Below, piece by piece: positions 34,091-42,552 of a DNA stretch of 64,000 bases. The translations under genes and the position numbers were made by a program. The DNA is taken from contig JAZNST010000051.1 of the NCBI GenBank assembly GCA_045591405.1, forward strand, positions 15,571-79,570, written 5' to 3'. The stretch's first letter is position 1; each line of letters begins with the position of its first letter. A model generated the notes under the pieces. The model was not told the origin of the DNA and made no database searches. It worked only from the letters and a program-made list of their open reading frames with translations. Source of the DNA: Ruminiclostridium sp. (lineage in GTDB: Bacteria > Bacillota > Clostridia > Oscillospirales > Ruminococcaceae).

Positions 34091-34888
34091 TCAATTTTTC
34101 TTGACCTCAAGCCAAATATCGTTAAGCTCGTCAGCAGAAAGCTCGTCAATGCGTTTGTTCATTGAAAGAACACGCTCCTCCAGCTTTCTAAAACGCATTA
34201 TAAACTTATTGATAGCCATTGTCAAGGCTTTTTCGGCGTCAATTTTCAAAAATCTCGACAGGTTGCAACAAGAAAACAGTATATCACCGAATTCTTCTTC
34301 AATATTCGACTGATTGTCCTCTTTTATCGCTTGCTCAAGCTCGGCAATTTCTGATTTTAGGCTTTTGAGAACCTCAGCTGTATCAGAAAAATCAAAGCCG
34401 ACGTTCCCTGCTCTTTTTCCTACCTTCGCACCTCTCATAAGGGACGGAAGGAGCTTCGGTACGCTTTCGAGACGCTCTGTTGCAGTTTCTTCTCCCTTTG
34501 ATTTGCTTTTAAGCATATCCCAGTTTTTGAGTACCTGTTCAGTTGTATCAGCTTTTATATCGCCAAAAACGTGAGGATGACGATAAATAAGCTTTTTACA
34601 AATTCCGTCGCAAACGCTGTCGAAATCGAAACTATCAACCTCAATTTCAAGCTGAGTATGAAACACAACCTGTAAAAGCAAATCGCCAAGCTCCTCTTTG
34701 AGCATTTCTGAATTTTCAGCGTCAATAGCCTCCATAACCTCATACGCTTCTTCAAGTAAATCCATACGAATGGAATGATGGTCCTGTTCCTTATCCCACG
34801 AACAACCGTTTTCGCTTCTGAGAATTTTTACTATATTCAGTAAATCATAAATATCATAGCTTTCCTTTACAGGATAAACCTCGCTCAT
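34091..34888 (-). CDS. mazG: Nucleoside triphosphate pyrophosphohydrolase MazG (YabN-like)
   Basis: Tandem MazG domains (EEAYEVMEAID, EEFGDILFS). ATG 34888 has AAGGAAG upstream. Confidence 0.85.
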   Translation of the reverse strand: MSEVYPVKESYDIYDLLNIVKILRSENGCSWDKEQDHHSIRMDLLEEAYEVMEAIDAENSEMLKEELGDLLLQVVFHTQLEIEVDSFDFDSVCDGICKKLIYRHPHVFGDIKADTTEQVLKNWDMLKSKSKGEETATERLESVPKLLPSLMRGAKVGKRAGNVGFDFSDTAEVLKSLKSEIAELEQAIKEDNQSNIEEEFGDILFSCCNLSRFLKIDAEKALTMAINKFIMRFRKLEERVLSMNKRIDELSADELNDIWLEVKKN

Positions 34889-34928
34889 TATCTGCACTTC
34901 CTTTTCTTTTTTATAAATCTATTCTACA

Positions 34929-36602
34929 CTATCCCCGTCTTTTTTTCAAGCCAAAACGCACTTTTTTAATAAGTGATAAAGTCTGCTTTTTGAAAAGAAA
35001 AGCGATTGCAACAAGATAAACGCCGCCAAAAGCGCAAGCAGAAAACGCAAGCCTGAAAAACAACGGAAGCTCTTTTAACAAAACGTAGCAGGACGTTCCT
35101 CCGCAAACTACCGCGATAACGCTTGCAACAAGCGCCAGGACGCCGCACGAGCTGATGTGAAGCGAGAATCCAAGCGATTTTCTTAACGAGTGAAAGCCGA
35201 CGATTGCCGCAAGCGAATAAGAAATTACCGTTGAAATAGCGGCGGCTTCAACCGAAACGGACGGTATTTTTATAAGGAGAATATTTCCTATAAGCTTAAC
35301 GCCTGAAATAAAAAGCATAAGCTTTATTGGAATATAGGATTTGTCTATTGCTTGAAAAATCGCTGAAAAAGCGGAAATAAGAGACACTCCGAAGCCCCCA
35401 AAGCCCATTATCAAAAGAGACTTTGCGGCAATTTCAACCTCGGCAACCTTCGACGGATATAATAGCTCAAGAATTGGCTTGCTGAACGTTCCGAGAAAAA
35501 AGCAAAGCGGAATCCCAAGCAAGAAAACGCCTGTAAACATTGACTTTATACATTTGGATAGCTTTTTTCTATTCCCACACTCCCAAAGCGAAGCAATTTT
35601 TGGAAGAGCGCTTTTTCCGATGAGCGCAGTAAGCGAGGTCGTAAGCATAAAGAGCGTCAGAACTATCCCTGAGTAACTTCCGTAAACAAAGGTTCCAAAG
35701 TCAGAAGGCGCAACCGTCGAAAAAACCGCCCGACCGTATCTTTGAGAGAAGAATGACGGGTTTGTGTAAAGACAGGCTGTAATTCCACTTGGAATTGTAA
35801 GTAAATCCAGAAAAGAATTTATGTTGATTACGATTGAATTTATTGAAATCGGGAGAGCCTGAAGAAGTATGCTTTTATAGATTTTCCTTCTTCTCGGAGG
35901 GACTGTGTTATCGTATAAAAGGTCGTTTTTTGTTATTCCGTCTCCCTTTATTTTGTTCCTTGCAATAAGAAAAACCGTTCCCGAAAGCTCGCCGAGCGTT
36001 ATTCCGAGAATAGCCGCCGCTGCCGCATAAGGAAGAAGCTCCTCAAAGGAGTAACCCATTGACGAAAAATACGAAACTGCGAAATTAGCAAGAAAAAGTC
36101 CTGCTACTGCCTTTATAAGAGCCTCAATGACCTGAGAAAAGGAGGTCGGAATCATATCTGAGAGTCCCTCGTAATACGCCTTGATTCCCCCTGCAATACA
36201 GCAAAAAAGAACCTGAGGCGCAATCAAATAAACTCCGATAATGCTTTGAGAAGACGAGGCAATAATGTTACAAAAAGGAACAGAAACTGCATAAACGGCT
36301 ATTGTTCCAATTGTGCCTGTAAAAATTGTCATTCTGATTGCAGCGGATTTGACGGCTTTAACCGTCCGAAATCGACCACAACCGAGATTCTGAGCTGTAA
36401 GTCTTGTTATGGCAATGGGAATACCCGCCGAAAGAAACGAATAAACAGGCATATAAAGGCTGATTGCTGTTGAGTAATAGCCCATTCCGACGCCGCCCAG
36501 AATGTTTCCGAGGGGGATTTTGAGAACTGCGCCGAGAATTTTGGCTATTGTCATAGCAAAAAATAAGATGACGGTATTTTTTATAAGACTTTTTTGCTTC
36601 AT
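34929..36602 (-). CDS. MOP-superfamily flippase (YabM/SpoVB/MurJ-like polysaccharide biosynthesis protein)
   Basis: 557 aa, about 14 TM segments. Adjacent to mazG as yabM is in B. subtilis. Confidence 0.75.
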   Translation of the reverse strand: MKQKSLIKNTVILFFAMTIAKILGAVLKIPLGNILGGVGMGYYSTAISLYMPVYSFLSAGIPIAITRLTAQNLGCGRFRTVKAVKSAAIRMTIFTGTIGTIAVYAVSVPFCNIIASSSQSIIGVYLIAPQVLFCCIAGGIKAYYEGLSDMIPTSFSQVIEALIKAVAGLFLANFAVSYFSSMGYSFEELLPYAAAAAILGITLGELSGTVFLIARNKIKGDGITKNDLLYDNTVPPRRRKIYKSILLQALPISINSIVININSFLDLLTIPSGITACLYTNPSFFSQRYGRAVFSTVAPSDFGTFVYGSYSGIVLTLFMLTTSLTALIGKSALPKIASLWECGNRKKLSKCIKSMFTGVFLLGIPLCFFLGTFSKPILELLYPSKVAEVEIAAKSLLIMGFGGFGVSLISAFSAIFQAIDKSYIPIKLMLFISGVKLIGNILLIKIPSVSVEAAAISTVISYSLAAIVGFHSLRKSLGFSLHISSCGVLALVASVIAVVCGGTSCYVLLKELPLFFRLAFSACAFGGVYLVAIAFLFKKQTLSLIKKVRFGLKKRRG

Positions 36603-36617
36603 CTGCTTCTCCTTGCC

Positions 36618-36653
36618 AAAAAAATAGTGTCACTCGATTTTATTGTGACAAGC
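36618..36653 (+). repeat. Direct repeat unit A (AAAAAAATAGTGTC...GACAAGC) in the flippase/spoIIGA intergenic region
   Basis: Shares AAAAAAATAG-GTC and GACAAGC blocks with unit B. It also contains the inverted pair TGTCAC...GTGACA. Confidence 0.5.
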
Positions 36654-36738
36654 CTTGAAATATGACAAGTTGGCATCTGTGGCTAAAAACGCATAAAATG
36701 GCGTTTTATGAAAAATAACATCATCTTATTTTTTACCG

Positions 36739-36770
36739 AAAAAAATAGCGTCGTATTATTTTCGACAAGC
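36739..36770 (+). repeat. Direct repeat unit B (AAAAAAATAGCGTC...TTCGACAAGC)
   Basis: Second copy of the motif. It contains TTCGACA (36761-36767), the reverse complement of the Spo0A box TGTCGAA. Confidence 0.5.
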
Positions 36771-36794
36771 TTTTCAACCCTGACAGGCTATACT
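36761..36794 (+). promoter_or_regulatory. Candidate Spo0A-activated spoIIG promoter (0A box / -35-like TCGACA, 21-nt spacer, TATACT)
   Basis: TTCGACA at 36761-36767 and TATACT at 36789-36794, 17 nt upstream of the spoIIGA GTG. The over-long spacer resembles the B. subtilis spoIIG promoter. Confidence 0.4.
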
Positions 36795-36811
36795 TATATG
36801 GGTGATGTCTT

Positions 36812-37633
36812 GTGATTGTTTATCTTGACGTTTTATTTCTTGTGAATGTTTATATTACATATTTTCTGCTCAGAGGAACTGCCTGTGCGCTTCATTGGAA
36901 AGGAAAAAACCTTCGTTTTTTGTCGGCGGCGGCTCTTGGAGGGGGATCATCTTTTTTTATTTTTCTTCCTGAGCTTAATTTTGTTTTTATCACGCTTATA
37001 AAGGCGGGGCTGGCGTGTTTGATTTCGGGAGTTGCTTTTGGCTTTTCCCGTAACGGCTTTCTCAAACGCACAGGCGTGTTCTTTTTACTGAGCGTAGCTC
37101 TTGCCGGAGCTGTAATCCTTATCCGTACGCTTTTAGAACCGCCGAATTTACTTACTAACAACGGCTTTACATATATAGACGTTTCTGCTGTTCTTTTACT
37201 TATTTCAACAATAATCGCCTACTTTTTACTCAGAGTAATAAGAATTTTTCTTGATAAGCGTGATTACAACGATAAGAAATACTCGGTTACAATAAGGAAA
37301 GACGGTTCAGAGGTTAAGGGAGAGGCTCTTTCAGATACAGGAAACTCCTTAGTTGATTATTTCAGCGGTGTTCCTGTGATAGTCTGCGAAGCCGCATTTT
37401 TAAGTTCTATTTTTCCCGATGCAACCAAAAGCGACGTCTTATCGGGGAAATTCAGATTAGTCCCCTTTTCTACCGTGAACGGAAGCGGACTTTTACCTGT
37501 TGCAAAAGCAGACGAAATAATCATAAGCTGGGAGGGTAACGAAAAAAAGGTAAACGCTCTTGTCGGGATTTCTGACGGAGAGCTGAAAAACAGCGAATAC
37601 AAAGCGATATTCAATCCGAAATTACTTAACTGA
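36812..37633 (+). CDS. spoIIGA: Sigma-E processing peptidase SpoIIGA
   Basis: N-terminal membrane domain (YLDVLFLVN...) and aspartic protease motif SDTGNSLVD. Immediately upstream of sigE. Confidence 0.85.
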   Translation: MIVYLDVLFLVNVYITYFLLRGTACALHWKGKNLRFLSAAALGGGSSFFIFLPELNFVFITLIKAGLACLISGVAFGFSRNGFLKRTGVFFLLSVALAGAVILIRTLLEPPNLLTNNGFTYIDVSAVLLLISTIIAYFLLRVIRIFLDKRDYNDKKYSVTIRKDGSEVKGEALSDTGNSLVDYFSGVPVIVCEAAFLSSIFPDATKSDVLSGKFRLVPFSTVNGSGLLPVAKADEIIISWEGNEKKVNALVGISDGELKNSEYKAIFNPKLLN

Positions 37634-37645
37634 AAGGAGAAGTTT

Positions 37646-38344
37646 ATGAAACTTATTGAAAAAATATTGATGAAGCTTTTCGGAAGAAAAGCTCAGCTTC
37701 ATTATATAAACGGTTCTGATACTCTCCCTCCTCCACTGACTAAGCAAGAGGAGGAAAAGGCGTTTGAGCTTATGAAAACCAATCACGAAAAGGCTCGTGA
37801 GCTACTTATAATACATAATCTGAGGCTTGTGGTTTATATTGCAAAAAGGTTTGAATCAACGGGAATAGGCATCGAAGACCTTATTTCTATCGGAACGATA
37901 GGCCTTATAAAGGCAGTAAACACCTTCAGCGTTGAAAAGAACATCAAGCTTGCAACCTACGCTTCAAGGTGCATTGAAAACGAAATCCTTATGTTTCTCA
38001 GAAAGTCAAATCAATATAAATTTGAAATTTCAATAGACGAGCCGCTTAACGTGGATTGGGACGGAAATGAGCTTTTGCTCTCAGATATTCTTGGGACAGA
38101 AAGCGACACGGTAAACGTAAATATTGAAAGCGAGGTAGAGAAAAAAATACTTCTAAGGCTTGTTTCCGAGCTTGACCCACGAGAAAGACTGATAATGAAA
38201 ATGCGCTTTGGGCTTGACAACGGAAAAGAAAGAACACAGAAAGAGGTTGCCGATGAAATAGGAATTTCACAAAGCTATATCTCACGGCTCGAAAAGAAAA
38301 TAATAAGACAGCTTAAAAAAGATTTGGAGCAGCTTTGCGGCTGA
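37646..38344 (+). CDS. sigE: RNA polymerase sporulation sigma factor SigE (pro-sigma-E)
   Basis: Pro-sequence [15 protein letters not shown]..., region 2 [13 protein letters not shown], region 4 [22 protein letters not shown]. Confidence 0.9.
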   Translation: MKLIEKILMKLFGRKAQLHYINGSDTLPPPLTKQEEEKAFELMKTNHEKARELLIIHNLRLVVYIAKRFESTGIGIEDLISIGTIGLIKAVNTFSVEKNIKLATYASRCIENEILMFLRKSNQYKFEISIDEPLNVDWDGNELLLSDILGTESDTVNVNIESEVEKKILLRLVSELDPRERLIMKMRFGLDNGKERTQKEVADEIGISQSYISRLEKKIIRQLKKDLEQLCG

Positions 38345-38361
38345 TTTGAAAAAAATACCAC

Positions 38362-38389
38362 GCATAAAAAAATCACTCCTGACAATACT
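38362..38389 (+). promoter_or_regulatory. Possible forespore (sigmaF/sigmaG-type) promoter for sigG
   Basis: GCATA (38362-38366), 16 nt, CAATACT (38383-38389). This is only a loose by-eye match to GCATR/CAnAnTA consensus elements. Confidence 0.3.
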
Positions 38390-38419
38390 TTTCTTAAAGA
38401 AAAGTCGGGAAGTGATAAC

Positions 38420-39190
38420 GTGTACTACAACAAGGTTGAAATAAGCGGCGTAAACACATCGAAGCTCAAAGTGCTGAAAGAATCGGAAAAGCTTGAGCTT
38501 TTGAAAAAAGTGAGAAACGGAGATATGCAAGCACGCGAGGAGCTTATAAAAGGCAATCTGCGACTCGTGCTCAGCGTAATACAGCGTTTTGCAGGGCGAG
38601 GCGAAAATCCCGACGATTTGTTTCAGGTAGGCTGTATCGGGCTTATGAAAGCAATCGACAACTTTGACGTAACGCTTGACGTAAAATTCAGCACCTACGG
38701 AGTTCCGATGATAATTGGCGAAGTGAGGCGCTTTCTTCGTGACAATACTTCAATAAGAGTAAGCCGTTCTATGAGAGACTTAGCGTATAAGGCGATGCAA
38801 GCAAAAGAAAAGCTCACAAACGAGCGACAGGAAGAGCCGACGATTGAGGATATTGCAAAGGAAATAGACGTTCCAAGAAGCGATATTGTTCTTGCTCTTG
38901 AGGCAATAGGCGAGCCTGCCTCCTTATATGATCCGATTTTCTCCGAATCGGGAGACACAATTTATATAATGGATCAGATCGGAGACAAAAACGACGATAT
39001 GAACTGGCTTAATGAAATTGCACTCAAGGACGCAATCGTAGGTCTTGGTCAACGTGAAAAGCGAATTTTATCGCTTAGATTTTTCCAGGGAAAAACACAG
39101 GTTGAGGTTGCACAGGAAATAGGAATAAGTCAGGCTCAAGTATCAAGGCTTGAAAAAGGAGCGCTTAATAAAATAAAAAAAGAAATATAA
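38420..39190 (+). CDS. sigG: RNA polymerase sporulation sigma factor SigG
   Basis: GTG start. KVEISGVNTSKLKVL, LRLVLSVIQRF, FSTYGVPMIIGEVRRFLRD and QVEVAQEIGISQAQVSRLE motifs. Confidence 0.9.
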   Translation: MYYNKVEISGVNTSKLKVLKESEKLELLKKVRNGDMQAREELIKGNLRLVLSVIQRFAGRGENPDDLFQVGCIGLMKAIDNFDVTLDVKFSTYGVPMIIGEVRRFLRDNTSIRVSRSMRDLAYKAMQAKEKLTNERQEEPTIEDIAKEIDVPRSDIVLALEAIGEPASLYDPIFSESGDTIYIMDQIGDKNDDMNWLNEIALKDAIVGLGQREKRILSLRFFQGKTQVEVAQEIGISQAQVSRLEKGALNKIKKEI

Positions 39191-39226
39191 AAGCCTCGAA
39201 AAGCGGCGTCAGTTTTTTTGTAACAG

Positions 39227-39268
39227 AAAAGTCCACAGAGAATAATCTCAGTGGACTTTATTTTTTTA
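39227..39268. terminator. Bidirectional intrinsic terminator (sigG / convergent CofE-like gene)
   Basis: AAAGTCCAC/GTGGACTTT hairpin followed by ATTTTTTTAT on plus and TTTTCTGTT on minus. Confidence 0.7.
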
Positions 39269-39288
39269 TTCAGCCGTCGTAGCGGAAA

Positions 39289-40482
39289 TTACTCTGTCGT
39301 GTAGTTATCGAAATAACCCTGAATGAACACGATAGGAGTTCCCTTATCGCCCGAACCTGACGTAAGGTCGCAAAGTGAACCGATAAGGTCAGTAAGCTGT
39401 CTTGGAGTTGTTCCTTCAGAAACCATCTGACCTACAAGGTTAGAATCCTTTTCCTGAATCTTTGTCTTAATAGCTTCTTTAAGAGCATCGCCCGAAAGGT
39501 CAGAGAAGTCGTTGTCAGCAAGATACTTGAGCTTAAGCTCGTTCGGTGTTCCTTCGAGTCCCGGTGTGTACGCAGGGGAAACAACAGGGTCAGGAAGCTC
39601 CCAAATTTTTCCTACGGGGTCCTTAAAGGCGCCGTCGCCGTAAACCATAACTTCAATATTCTTTCCTGTTGCTTCCTTGAGCTTCTTTGCGATAGCGTCA
39701 ACAACAGGCTGACAATCTCTTGGGAAAAGCTTTACGCTGTCTTCGGTTGACTTATTTGAGCCTAAAAGACCGTAGTTTTCGTTGTATCCGCTTCCGTTTA
39801 CGGGTGCATTAAGAATCTCATCAAGGCCAAACACTTTTTCAGCGCCTGCTGCTTTAAGAATACGCTTTGTTCTTGCACGAGTGTGAATATCACAGCAAAG
39901 AACGTTCTTTGTATAATCAAGAACAGCCTTCGGGTTATTTGCGAAAATAATTTCACATTCAGCACCTGCTTCACGAATCAGTTGCTGATAATACTCAACG
40001 TAATCAACGCCTGTGAATCTATGTTTTTCATAGCCGAAAAGCTCACGATATTTTTCAAGAGAGAGAACGTCTGTGTAGGGATTAACGCCCTTTTCGTCAA
40101 GTAAATCAAGACTTACAAGGTGGTTACCAACCTCGTCGGAGGGGTAAGAAAGCATAAGAACGATTTTCTTTGCTCCCATTGCGATACCCCTGAGGCAAAT
40201 TGCAAAACGGTTACGGCTAAGAATCGGGAAAATAACTCCGACTGTTTCTCCGCCGAACTTTGCCTTTACGTCCTGAGCGATGTCATCGACTTTAGCGTAG
40301 TTCCCCTGCGCTCTTGCAACGATTGCTTCTGTCATAGCAACGATGTCTCTGTCGTTGAATTTGAAGCCATCATCCTTTGAAGCTTCGAGAACTGACGATG
40401 TTACGATTTCGACAATATCATCGCCTTTTCTGATAATTGGGGGTCTGACGCCTCTTGAAACGGTACCGATTGTACGGCTCAT
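39289..40482 (-). CDS. CofE-like (F420-0:gamma-glutamyl ligase fold) family protein of unknown substrate
   Basis: IIRKGDDIVEIV...DRDIVAMTEAIVARAQG resembles the CofE N-terminal signature, in a ~400-aa architecture seen in Firmicutes. ATG 40482 has AAGGAG 9 nt upstream. Confidence 0.5.
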   Translation of the reverse strand: MSRTIGTVSRGVRPPIIRKGDDIVEIVTSSVLEASKDDGFKFNDRDIVAMTEAIVARAQGNYAKVDDIAQDVKAKFGGETVGVIFPILSRNRFAICLRGIAMGAKKIVLMLSYPSDEVGNHLVSLDLLDEKGVNPYTDVLSLEKYRELFGYEKHRFTGVDYVEYYQQLIREAGAECEIIFANNPKAVLDYTKNVLCCDIHTRARTKRILKAAGAEKVFGLDEILNAPVNGSGYNENYGLLGSNKSTEDSVKLFPRDCQPVVDAIAKKLKEATGKNIEVMVYGDGAFKDPVGKIWELPDPVVSPAYTPGLEGTPNELKLKYLADNDFSDLSGDALKEAIKTKIQEKDSNLVGQMVSEGTTPRQLTDLIGSLCDLTSGSGDKGTPIVFIQGYFDNYTTE

Positions 40483-40637
40483 AATGAACACTCCTTATTT
40501 TTAGAATGACTTTGCGCTTATACGCCATTAATCACAAGGTACATTTTAGCATACTTTTTTTCGTTTTTCAATAGAAAATATTAATTTTTTTTTGAATTCG
40601 CAAAAATATTATGCCCGAAAGCTCTCAGCATATATAA

Positions 40638-40670
40638 ACAGCGCAGCCTGTAAAAACAAAACTGCGCTGT
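40638..40670 (-). terminator. Possible terminator after the ABC exporter genes
   Basis: ACAGCGCAG/CTGCGCTGT hairpin with a weak U-tract (TTATATAT). Confidence 0.4.
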
Positions 40671-40674
40671 GGTC

Positions 40675-42552
40675 TTATGTTTTTCTTCCTGCAAACTGAG
40701 TCTGATAGAGCTTATAATAACAGCCTTTAAGCGCCAGAAGCTCCTCGTGGTTTCCCGCTTCGACAATATCGCCCTTTTCGATTACTACAATTTTATCAGC
40801 GTCTTTAATTGTAGAAAGGCGGTGAGCGATAATAAGACTTGTTCTTCCCTTCATAAGCTCGTTCATTGCTTCTTGAATCTGAACCTCTGTTCTGGTGTCA
40901 ATGCTTGAGGTTGCTTCGTCAAGAATAAGAATCTGAGGATTACATATCACGACTCTTGCTATTGCAATAAGCTGGCGCTGACCCTGGCTGAGATTTGAGC
41001 CGCTTTCAGTAAGCATAGTGTTATATCCGTCGGCAAGTGTGTTTACAAACTCGTCAAGCTTAGCTGTCTTTGCGGCGGCAATTATCTCCTCGTCAGTAGC
41101 GTCAGGCTTTCCGTAGCGGATATTCTGAGCAATCGTATCAGAGAATATAGTCGTATCCTGAAGAACTATACCGATGCTTTTTCTGAGGTCGTATTTCTTA
41201 ATTTCGGTAATATCCCTATTGTCAAGGGTAATCGTTCCCGAATCTACCTCATAAAAGCGTGTGAGAAGATTTACAACCGTTGTTTTTCCTGAACCTGTCG
41301 CACCTACGATTGCAATCTTCTGACCGTCCTTAACCCAAAAGTCAAAGCCCTTTAGAACAGGCTGACCTTCAACGTAAGAAAAGTCTACGTCAGTAAAGCA
41401 GATATCGCCCTTGATTTTAGAAAAGTCAAGAGAAACCGTTCCCTCGTCTATTTCGTCAGGCTGATCCATTATTTCAAACACACGCTCAGCGCCTGCGATT
41501 GCGGTCTGAATTGCCGCATACTGCTGGGCGATTTCGTTTATAGGTCTTGTGAACTGCTTTGAATAAATAATAAAAGCTTGAATTACGCCTATTGTCATTG
41601 CCCCTGCAAGAGACAAGGGGTTAAAGCCCGAAAAGGTCAGCCAGCCGCCAAACGCCGCAATCAGCAAGAAGCTTATATTGCTGATAACGTTCATACAAGG
41701 TCCCATACAGCCGCCGAAAACCTGAGCCTTTATTGCTGTTTTACAAAAATCGTCGCTGATTTTGTCGAATTCTTCCTTTGCTTTATCCTCTCTTCCGAAT
41801 GCAACCACAGTATGATAGCCTGTTACCATCTCCTCAATATGTCCGTTGAGAGTACCGAGATGACGCTGCTGCATAGGGAAATACTTTCTCATATATTTTG
41901 ACAGGAATTTCGTCGAAAAAAGCGTCAGAGCGACAGTCAGCATACTCACAAGCGTAAGCAACGGAGAAAAGTAAAGCATAATGAAAAAGCAACCCAGTAC
42001 CGTAATTACAGCCGAAAACAGCGACGCAATCGACTGAGAAATGGTATTTGAAATATTATCAACGTCGTTTGTCATACGGCTCATTATGTCGCCGTGCTTA
42101 TGTGAGTCGATAAATTTCAAAGGAAGTCTCGATATTTTTCTGAAAAGGTCGTTTCTGAGAATTTTTACGGTATTTTGAGAAAGCTTAGCGGCACATATTC
42201 CTTGAATAAGCGTCATAAACGCCGACAAAGCGTAAACCGCCGCAAGGGTAATCAGAATTGTGACAAGCGACTCAAAATCAACGTGGAGCTTTCCATCTGT
42301 AAGAGTGAAGGAGTCGATTGCTTTTGCCTGAAGGACAGGAGCCAGAAGAGAAAGCACCGTAATCACGATTATTACGCCAACAAGAGAAAACAGCAGATAT
42401 TTACTCTGACCTATGTATTTAAGAAGGCGCTTGAGCGTTCCCTTTGTGTCTTTTGCCTTTTCAGCGGCAAGACCGAGTCGTTCGTGAGGAGGGCCGCCTC
42501 TGCCCATTCCCATAGCCTGACGGAGATTTACGTTATTATTCTGCCCTGCCAT
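40675..42552 (-). CDS. ABC transporter ATP-binding/permease protein (type I exporter half-transporter)
   Basis: Six-TM domain plus NBD with GATGSGKTT, LSQGQRQ and ILILDEATS. Confidence 0.9.
   Translation of the reverse strand: MAGQNNNVNLRQAMGMGRGGPPHERLGLAAEKAKDTKGTLKRLLKYIGQSKYLLFSLVGVIIVITVLSLLAPVLQAKAIDSFTLTDGKLHVDFESLVTILITLAAVYALSAFMTLIQGICAAKLSQNTVKILRNDLFRKISRLPLKFIDSHKHGDIMSRMTNDVDNISNTISQSIASLFSAVITVLGCFFIMLYFSPLLTLVSMLTVALTLFSTKFLSKYMRKYFPMQQRHLGTLNGHIEEMVTGYHTVVAFGREDKAKEEFDKISDDFCKTAIKAQVFGGCMGPCMNVISNISFLLIAAFGGWLTFSGFNPLSLAGAMTIGVIQAFIIYSKQFTRPINEIAQQYAAIQTAIAGAERVFEIMDQPDEIDEGTVSLDFSKIKGDICFTDVDFSYVEGQPVLKGFDFWVKDGQKIAIVGATGSGKTTVVNLLTRFYEVDSGTITLDNRDITEIKKYDLRKSIGIVLQDTTIFSDTIAQNIRYGKPDATDEEIIAAAKTAKLDEFVNTLADGYNTMLTESGSNLSQGQRQLIAIARVVICNPQILILDEATSSIDTRTEVQIQEAMNELMKGRTSLIIAHRLSTIKDADKIVVIEKGDIVEAGNHEELLALKGCYYKLYQTQFAGRKT

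Noticed and set aside
36662-36718. 18-codon ORF (MTSWHLWLKTHKMAFYEK) in the spoIIGA upstream region.
   Set aside because: It has no SD and lies among the 0A-box-like repeats. It is more likely non-coding regulatory DNA.
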